A stretch of DNA of 41,697 nt from Actinomycetota bacterium (GTDB lineage Bacteria; Actinomycetota; UBA4738): contig VAYJ01000060.1 in assembly GCA_005888465.1 (NCBI GenBank), forward strand, positions 1 through 41,697, written 5' to 3'. Positions 35,760 to 41,697 of the stretch are shown piece after piece. The notes beneath the pieces are model-generated. The model searched no databases, was not told the DNA's origin, and was given only the letters and a program-made list of their open reading frames with translations. Numbering within the stretch: position 1 is the stretch's first letter; each line of letters opens with the position of its first letter. The position numbers were made by a program, and so were the translations under genes.

Positions 35760-37316
35760 CTAACGCGCCGCCTCGGTCACCTCCTCCGGCGGGATCACCG
35801 GAGTGAATGGCTTCCGCCGTTGGAATCCGAAGTAGTAGACGGCTCCGACGACGATGACGGCGACCATGACCAACTCGATGACCGGGATCTTGTTCAGGAA
35901 AGCGACGTGGAAGTTCACGAGCCCTCCCGTTTGGTTGGCCTTCGGGTTGGAGAACACGCGAAGCGAATCCGTGTTCTTCGCCGGTGTGAGGAAGTTCACG
36001 AGCATCGCTCCGCCCCAGACCAAGCCCAGGACATTGACCACGACTCCCCACTTGCCCAGGCTGAACGGCGCCTTGACTCGTGGCCACCCCTTCGACCGCG
36101 CCCGGAGCACGGCGATGCCTCCCAGGAAGTAGCTCAGGTAGATCATGGCGGTGGCCGAGACCGCGATGATCGTCGCTCCGGCGAACTGGATGAAGGGAAT
36201 CGCCGAGAACAAGGCCACGACGATGCACGACCAGATCGGCGTGTGCAGACGCGGGCTCACTCGGGCCAACGACTTCGCGGCCGGCAACTGATCGTCTCGC
36301 GACATCCCGAAGCACAGCCGCACCGTCGAGGTCATGATCGACATGCAGCAGACGAAGATCGCCGCCGAGACCACCAGCAGATAGACCGTGGCGAACGCGC
36401 TGGACAGGTTGGCTTCGATGATGGTCTGCGGTCCGACGAAGTTCGACGTGTTGATGGCGTCCTTCATGCTGGGGATGGCCATGAGTGTGCCCCAGAGGAA
36501 AATCGCCCCGATGACGAACGCCCCGATGATCGAGGCGAGCACCGCCTTGGGCGCCTCCCGTCTCGGGTCCTTCGTCTCCTCAGCGAGCGTCGACGCGGTG
36601 TCGAACCCGTAGATGACGAACAGGCTCATGAACATCGCGATGAGGAAAGTGCTTCCGTTGAGCTTCGCTCCGCCGGTCTTGAAGATCACCCCCACGCCTT
36701 GGTGGTTGTGGAACAGCGCCAGGACGAACGCAAACACGACCATGCCGAGGATCTCGAAGATGACGCCGGTGTTGTTGACGATGGCGACGAGCCTGACGCC
36801 GTAGATGTTCAGGACGGTGATGACGACCAGGGTGATGAGTGCGATCGTCCGCTGGTCGCTGCTTCCCAAGGTGTTGTTCAGGTGCGAGCCGAACATTGAG
36901 TTCAGCGCGGGGATCAGCGCGAGCGGAAGCGTGGCCACGACCGCCGCGACGGTGATGATGCCGGCGAAGAGGTAGATCCAGCCGGTGAACCACGCGTATG
37001 TGCGACCCGAGAGGTACTTCGTCCACTGGAAGACCGAGCCCGCGATCGGATAGTGGCTCGAGAGCTCGGCCCAGTTGAGCGCGATCAAGAGCTGACCGAA
37101 CGCCACGACCGGCCAGGTCCAGAACATGGCCCCGCCGATCGACAACGCAAGGAAATAGAGGGTGAAGATTCCCGTGGAGGGGGAGATGTAGCTGAACGCG
37201 ACGGCGAACGAGCTGAACACCCCAAGGGTCCGCTTCAGCTCCTGTTTGTAGCCGAACCTCGCGAGATCGGCCGCGTCCCGTGCGTGCTGGTCGTGCTGCG
37301 GCTCCGTGGTAGCCAT
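35760..37316 (-). CDS. APC-family amino acid/amine permease
   Basis: 518 aa from ATG 37314-37316, preceded by GGGAGGGGGG. About 12 TM segments. The N-terminal sequence FGYKQELKRTLGVFSSFAVAFSYISPSTG is typical of APC permeases. Confidence 0.9.
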   Translation of the reverse strand: MATTEPQHDQHARDAADLARFGYKQELKRTLGVFSSFAVAFSYISPSTGIFTLYFLALSIGGAMFWTWPVVAFGQLLIALNWAELSSHYPIAGSVFQWTKYLSGRTYAWFTGWIYLFAGIITVAAVVATLPLALIPALNSMFGSHLNNTLGSSDQRTIALITLVVITVLNIYGVRLVAIVNNTGVIFEILGMVVFAFVLALFHNHQGVGVIFKTGGAKLNGSTFLIAMFMSLFVIYGFDTASTLAEETKDPRREAPKAVLASIIGAFVIGAIFLWGTLMAIPSMKDAINTSNFVGPQTIIEANLSSAFATVYLLVVSAAIFVCCMSIMTSTVRLCFGMSRDDQLPAAKSLARVSPRLHTPIWSCIVVALFSAIPFIQFAGATIIAVSATAMIYLSYFLGGIAVLRARSKGWPRVKAPFSLGKWGVVVNVLGLVWGGAMLVNFLTPAKNTDSLRVFSNPKANQTGGLVNFHVAFLNKIPVIELVMVAVIVVGAVYYFGFQRRKPFTPVIPPEEVTEAAR

Positions 37317-37411
37317 CAGCCCCCCTCCCTCGTCCGACGACCCGTGACGGCCGTACGCTAGCTCGGGCCCGCGCAAAAGTCCAGACCATTACCCGGTGGT
37401 ACGGTCGCCGC

Positions 37412-37699
37412 ATGAAGATCGAGGTGACCCCGGGAGCCGGCGCGTTCGTGCGCGACCACGGGGGTCGGCTCTACGTCTGGGCGAGCGGTGCCGCATGCTG
37501 CGGCGGCACCCGATTCATCGAAGCCTCGACGGACACGCCTCGGGACGCGGCGCGGTTCGTTCCGATCGACGCGACGGGGATCGAGCTCCTCGTCCGGCCG
37601 GCGAACGCCCAGCTCCCCGAGGAGCTCCGTATCGACGTGAGAGGATGGCGCCGCCCGCGCGTCGAGGCGTCCTGGAACGGCTGCGCCTACCTCGTCTGA
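37412..37699 (+). CDS. small conserved-type protein with a central CC motif (possible 'CC/Se motif family')
   Basis: 95 aa. The sequence is MKIEVTPGAGAFVRDHGGRLYVW...AACCGGT...IELLV...LRIDV. The family assignment is from memory of its architecture, not from a search. Confidence 0.5.
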   Translation: MKIEVTPGAGAFVRDHGGRLYVWASGAACCGGTRFIEASTDTPRDAARFVPIDATGIELLVRPANAQLPEELRIDVRGWRRPRVEASWNGCAYLV

Positions 37700-37717
37700 C
37701 CCTCATACTCGCGGGCG

Positions 37718-38215
37718 ATGGACGTCGCAGGGTTCCTCGCGCGCCACCCGCCGTTCGACGCCCTGACCCCCCAGGCGCTCGCGCGTGTCGCAGGCTCGGT
37801 CCGGGTCGAGTTCTTCCCCGAGCAGACGGTGATCCTCGACGAGTCGGGCGCCCCAGCGCGCTTCCTCTACGTCGTCCGCAAGGGCGCCATCGAGCTCTTG
37901 AGCGAAGGCCGCCTGCTGGACCTCCTGGGCGAAGGCGAGGCGTTCGGTTACCTCTCGCTCGTGTCGGGGCTCTCCCCCACGGCGACGGTCCGGGCGAACG
38001 AGGACACGCTCTGCTACCTCATCGCCCCGGCGCTCGCCGACGAGGTGCTGGGGACGCCGTCCGGGCTCGCCTTCGTGGACTCGGGCCTTCGCCAGCGGAT
38101 GATGCGGCGCGACGCCGACGCGGGCGGCGGCGCGATCCTTCGCACCGCAGTCGGGACGCAGATCCGCCGGCCGCCGGTCACCTGTTCGCCCGATACCTCG
38201 ACGACGCGTTCATGA
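37718..38215 (+). CDS. cyclic-nucleotide-binding-domain protein, truncated at the start of a CBS domain
   Basis: The cNMP-binding fold reads FLYVVRKGAIELL...GEGEAFGYLSL...TVRANEDTLCYLI. VGTQIRRPPVTCSPDTS is the first CBS strand and is immediately followed by TTRS*. Confidence 0.7.
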   Translation: MDVAGFLARHPPFDALTPQALARVAGSVRVEFFPEQTVILDESGAPARFLYVVRKGAIELLSEGRLLDLLGEGEAFGYLSLVSGLSPTATVRANEDTLCYLIAPALADEVLGTPSGLAFVDSGLRQRMMRRDADAGGGAILRTAVGTQIRRPPVTCSPDTSTTRS

Positions 38216-38302
38216 CCGCCGAGCTGTTCCTGATCCTCGCGACGCGGCTGGGCGACCCTCGTGTGTCCGCGTTGCTTCGTCGGGGGCGCGGCTGATCGAG
38301 GG

Positions 38303-38815
38303 TCAGGCCGAACCGGGACCCGCCGGCAGCATGGGCGGCGACGGCATCGCCCGAAGGTGCTCCATCACCGCATTCAGGCGCCGCTGGAGCGCGATCTCCC
38401 GCTCGCCGATCGGCGCGAAGGCCTGCTGGACGCGTTCGGGGACCGCATCGAGGCTCCCGTGGAACGCGGCCAGGCGCTGCGCGATCGGACCCGACATGGA
38501 CCCGACGCGCGTCCGCCATTCGCCGAGCGCCCGCGCCTCGCCCTGGACACGCTGGCGTCCGCGCTCGAGCTCGCCGAGCCTGGCGGTCGCCTCCACGAGC
38601 TCCCCCTCCAAGCGGGCAAGCTCCTTGTCCTTGCGTGCCATGTCGTTCGTCACCGCGGTCAGCTGGGCTTCCAGGCCGGCCACCCGCCCCTCCGCGTCCC
38701 GCGTGCGCTGCTGGAGGTACCGCAGCATCAGGTCGCGGTCCTGCAGCACCTGCTCGACCGCGGACTTGCGGTAGAAGAAGGACCCCTTGCCGAGATCGGG
38801 CGGCTTCGTGCTCAT
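38303..38815 (-). CDS. coiled-coil hypothetical protein
   Basis: 170 aa with heptad-like Leu/Glu/Arg/Ala-rich sequence and coding-like composition. No recognisable catalytic motif. Confidence 0.55.
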   Translation of the reverse strand: MSTKPPDLGKGSFFYRKSAVEQVLQDRDLMLRYLQQRTRDAEGRVAGLEAQLTAVTNDMARKDKELARLEGELVEATARLGELERGRQRVQGEARALGEWRTRVGSMSGPIAQRLAAFHGSLDAVPERVQQAFAPIGEREIALQRRLNAVMEHLRAMPSPPMLPAGPGSA

Positions 38816-38831
38816 CGCGGGCGCGGGGCGA

Positions 38832-39518
38832 TCAGCCGGCGAGTCTCGCCTGCCGGTCGCCGGGTTCCTGCGCCGACCCGCCAGAGGCGGGTCCGAGCGC
38901 GCGGGCGAGCTCCGCGAGGTCCTGTTGGATCGCGGGGACGCGGTCGGCCACCAGGGCGAAGGCTTCCGAGATGCGCTGGGGGATCTCCTCGAGCGCCGAG
39001 CGGAAGACTTCGATCTCGGCCGCCATGGGCCGGATCACGGCGGTGAGCTGCTCGCGCCACGCGGCGAGCTGCGCGGCGTGGTCCTCAAGGTCGCTCCGCT
39101 GCTGACGCATGTCGGCGAGCTGCATCTGGGCGCTCTCCTGCGCTCGCTCGACGATCCGCCGGGCCGCCTGCTCGGCCGCCTGCAGGACGCCAGCGATCTC
39201 CTCACCGGCGAGGACCGAGGTGAGATCCGGCGCGGCTTGTGCGGGAGCGGGCCGTGCCGCGACCGGTGCCGGCGCAGTCGCCACCGGAGCCGGCGGCTGC
39301 TCGGGAGCAGGCTCGGGAGCGGGCGGCGGCGGGGCGGGGACGAACGAGTTCTCAGGAGCCTCGGACGGCTCCTCGGCAGGCGCGTCGGCCCACGACACGC
39401 CGACCTCGGAGGCAGGCGCGGCCACGGCCCACACGGGAGTGTGGGCGCCGTACAGGGCCTGTTCGTCCTCCGCCGAAGGGTCAGCCTGTTCCCATTCGGG
39501 GGATGCACCGTCGGTCAT
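38832..39518 (-). CDS. hypothetical protein with an acidic/Pro-Ala-rich N-terminus and a coiled-coil C-terminus
   Basis: ATG at 39516-39518 gives 228 aa. The PAPPPPAPEPAPEQPPAPVATAPAPVAARPAPAQ linker is followed by helical AAEQAARRIVERAQESAQMQLADMRQQ. Confidence 0.5.
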   Translation of the reverse strand: MTDGASPEWEQADPSAEDEQALYGAHTPVWAVAAPASEVGVSWADAPAEEPSEAPENSFVPAPPPPAPEPAPEQPPAPVATAPAPVAARPAPAQAAPDLTSVLAGEEIAGVLQAAEQAARRIVERAQESAQMQLADMRQQRSDLEDHAAQLAAWREQLTAVIRPMAAEIEVFRSALEEIPQRISEAFALVADRVPAIQQDLAELARALGPASGGSAQEPGDRQARLAG

Positions 39519-39592
39519 GGAAGACGCACCTTTCTCACGGGTAGTTTGCCGTCTGTATCGGCATCCAACGGCCGATGGTTCAGTGAACGGGG

Positions 39593-40969
39593 CTATTCCG
39601 AAGAGAAGTAGACGTTCTTGACCTCGGTGTAGAGCTGGGTCGCGTGCATGCCCATCTCGCGGCCCATCCCACTCTTCTTGAACCCGCCGAAGGGTGCCTC
39701 CAGATGCACGCTGTGGCTCGAGTTCACCGAGATCACGCCGGTGCGGATCCCCTTCGCCACTCGGATGGCGCGGCCGAGATCCCTGGTCCACACGGAGCCG
39801 GACAGGCCATAATCGTTGTCGTTCGCGATCCGGATCGCCTCGTCCTCGGTGTCGAACGGGATGATGGACGCGACGGGACCGAAGATCTCCTCGCGTGCGA
39901 CGCGCAGGGCCTGGCCGCCGGTCACGAGCCGCGCGCCCTCGTGTTGTCCGACAGCGACGTACTCGAGCGAGGCGGCGCGCTGGCGCTCGGAGATCATGGG
40001 CCCGATCTCCGTGGACTCGTCGAGCGGCTGGCCGATCGTGAGTGCCTTCGTCCGCGTGGCGAACGCGCCCACGAACTCGTCGTAGGTCGGCCGCTGCACG
40101 ATCACGCGCGAGCGCGCGCAGCAGTCCTGGCCGCAGTTGCCGTAGACACTCGCGACGGAGCGCTCGACGCAGCGGTCGAAATCGGCGTCGGCGAAGACCA
40201 CGTTCGCCGACTTGCCTCCCAGCTCGAGCGAGACTCGGGTGACGTTCGGCGAGGACTGCGCGAGGACCTGCGCCCCGATCTCGGTCGACCCCGTGAACGA
40301 GATCTTGTTGACGCGTGGGTCGGTGACGAGCGCGGTGCCGACACTCCCGCCGGGCCCGGGCAGGACGGAAACCGCTTCATCGGGGACGCCGGCTTCGAAC
40401 AGGATATCGGCGAGCAGAAGGACCGAAAGCGGCGTCGCGGTCGCGGGCTTGACCACGATCGTGTTGCCGCACGTCAGGGCGGGGGCGATCTTCCACGTCG
40501 CGATAAGGAGCGGGAAGTTCCAGGGGACGATGAGCGCGCACACGCCAACCGGCTCGCGAAGCGTCACGTCGAGCCCGGGGTCCTGGATCGGGATCGTCTC
40601 GCCGACGATCTTGTTCGCCGCGCCGGCGAAGTACTCGAAGTACGCCGCCACCCCCGCGATCTCGTCGCGGGCGTCACGGATCGGCTTGCCGCCGTTGCGT
40701 GCCTCGACCGTGGCGATCGCCTCGAGGCGTTCCCGCACGAGGTTCGCCACACGCTGCAGGACGCGGCCGCGCTCGGTCGCGGACGTGCGCGGCCACGGGC
40801 CCTCGTCGAACGCGCGGCGCGCCGCGGCGACCGCTCGGCGGGCGTCCTCGACGCCGGCCTGCGCGCCCTCGGCCATCGGCTCCCCGCGCGCCGGTTCCTC
40901 GACCGTGAACGTCGCACCGTCGGCGGCGGTTCGGTGCTCACCGCCGATGATCAGGTCGAACCGATCCAT
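39593..40969 (-). CDS. NAD(P)-dependent aldehyde dehydrogenase (with an apparent in-frame internal deletion)
   Basis: Has [29 protein letters not shown] and GQDCCARSR (catalytic Cys) motifs. ATG at 40967-40969 gives 458 aa, shorter than the usual 480-500 or so. Confidence 0.9.
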   Translation of the reverse strand: MDRFDLIIGGEHRTAADGATFTVEEPARGEPMAEGAQAGVEDARRAVAAARRAFDEGPWPRTSATERGRVLQRVANLVRERLEAIATVEARNGGKPIRDARDEIAGVAAYFEYFAGAANKIVGETIPIQDPGLDVTLREPVGVCALIVPWNFPLLIATWKIAPALTCGNTIVVKPATATPLSVLLLADILFEAGVPDEAVSVLPGPGGSVGTALVTDPRVNKISFTGSTEIGAQVLAQSSPNVTRVSLELGGKSANVVFADADFDRCVERSVASVYGNCGQDCCARSRVIVQRPTYDEFVGAFATRTKALTIGQPLDESTEIGPMISERQRAASLEYVAVGQHEGARLVTGGQALRVAREEIFGPVASIIPFDTEDEAIRIANDNDYGLSGSVWTRDLGRAIRVAKGIRTGVISVNSSHSVHLEAPFGGFKKSGMGREMGMHATQLYTEVKNVYFSSE

Positions 40970-41079
40970 GGACCGCCAGGGTAGTGCAAACGCGCCGGGG
41001 CTGGTGCTGACGTTGAGTCCTGACGATCCACGCCGCGATCCCTTGACCATTCGGGGGTGCGGCCCGTACCGTTCGGGCC

Positions 41080-41697
41080 ATGGCAAAGAAGCGCTCGCTC
41101 GCCAAACGCATGTCCCGGCTCGGCACCGAGTCGGCGTTCGAGGTCCTGGCACGCGCCCGCGCGCTGGAGGCCGAGGGCCACCGCATCATTCACCTGGAGA
41201 TCGGCGAGCCGGACTTCGACACGCCACGGCACATCGTCGACGCCGCGGCCGAGGCACTCCACGCCGGGTTCACGCACTACAACCCCGCGCCGGGCTACCC
41301 GGACGTCCGCGACGCCATCGGACGGCCGCGGTACGCCGGGGATCGCATCGTGATCACTCCCGGCGCGAAGCCGATCATGTTCTTCGCCATCATGGCCCTC
41401 TGCGGCAAGGGCGACGAAGTCCTCTACCCGAACCCCGGCTTCCCGATGTACGAGTCCATCACCGCGTTCGCCGGCGCCCGGCCCGTGGCGATCCCGCTTC
41501 GCGAACGCAACCAGTTCCGCATGGACCCCGACGAGGTCGCGTCGCTCGTGACGAAGCGAACCAGGATGCTCGTCATCAACTCACCGCACAACCCGTGCGG
41601 GAGCGCGCTCACGAAGGCGGACGTGGAGGCGCTCGCGGCGATCGCGATCGAACACGACCTGATCGTGCTCTCCGACGAGATGTACTGGGCGATCCGC
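41080..41697 (+). CDS. class I/II PLP-dependent aminotransferase (AspC-like), 5' partial, runs off the window
   Basis: My own translation from ATG 41080 is [49 protein letters not shown]...ITPGAKP...[11 protein letters not shown]...[13 protein letters not shown]. There is no stop before the window end, which explains its absence from the ORF track. Confidence 0.85.
   Translation, partial: MAKKRSLAKRMSRLGTESAFEVLARARALEAEGHRIIHLEIGEPDFDTPRHIVDAAAEALHAGFTHYNPAPGYPDVRDAIGRPRYAGDRIVITPGAKPIMFFAIMALCGKGDEVLYPNPGFPMYESITAFAGARPVAIPLRERNQFRMDPDEVASLVTKRTRMLVINSPHNPCGSALTKADVEALAAIAIEHDLIVLSDEMYWAIR

Noticed and set aside
41061-41079. GGCCCG-TACCGTT-CGGGCC hairpin immediately before the aminotransferase ATG
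   Set aside because: A 6-bp GC stem is expected by chance at this GC content. There is no supporting context.
1-41697. Search for CRISPR arrays, tRNA/rRNA genes, IS elements or transposases, integrases, toxin-antitoxin or phage-defence-type genes
   Set aside because: I recognised none. The intergenic regions are all shorter than 150 nt, there are no repeat-spacer periodicity and no nuclease, ATPase or integrase motifs. The novelty candidate here is metabolic (the LarA-family lipid operon), not a defence or mobile system.

Overview
This is a very GC-rich, actinobacterium-like chromosomal window. It has GTG/TTG starts, strong GGAGG-type ribosome-binding sites and many 1-4 nt stop/start overlaps. 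I can support about 42 genes. I found no rRNA, tRNA, CRISPR array or transposase. Many long Arg/Pro-rich ORFs in the track are antisense or off-frame shadows of real genes.

Gene content in order:
- 1-8.4 kb: a minus-strand block of an alpha/beta hydrolase, WS/DGAT wax-ester/TAG synthase, EamA transporter, amidase, a second hydrolase, DUF4328 and zinc-ribbon proteins, and transketolase.
- 8.4-12.7 kb: redox and sulfur housekeeping genes (LLM oxidoreductase, rhodanese, FAD reductase) and an 11-mer-repeat protein with a lysine-rich tail.
- 12.7-20.2 kb: a tightly coupled lipid-type operon.
- 20.2-27.8 kb: a glycogen cluster (glgA, malQ, glgB, glgX).
- 27.8-30.6 kb: a complete larB-larC-larE operon for the nickel-pincer nucleotide (NPN) cofactor.
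- 31-41.7 kb: greA, a quaternary-amine/ethanolamine-type catabolic island (kinase, dimethylglycine-oxidase-like gene, GntR, APC permease, aldehyde dehydrogenase), several small or coiled-coil hypotheticals, and a partial aminotransferase.

Main candidate for something new: the 12.7-20.2 kb operon encodes a CDP-alcohol phosphatidyltransferase, a fatty acyl-CoA reductase, a HAD-IB phosphatase, a Zn-dependent alcohol dehydrogenase, a 527-aa LarA-family protein, a PlsC-type acyltransferase and a TetR regulator. The LarA-family protein is the only LarA homologue in the window, and larBCE lies about 8 kb away. By-eye alignment suggests it keeps the cofactor-tethering Lys and the Ni-ligand His but lacks one of the two catalytic His residues. 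To my knowledge, no LarA-family enzyme has been linked to a lipid pathway.

Second theme: at least nine genes carry frame changes or short internal deletions relative to their family consensus. These include larC, glgX, the FAR/HAD junction, the dimethylglycine-oxidase-like gene (twice) and the aldehyde dehydrogenase. This is either real gene decay or an assembly artefact, and it needs read-level validation.
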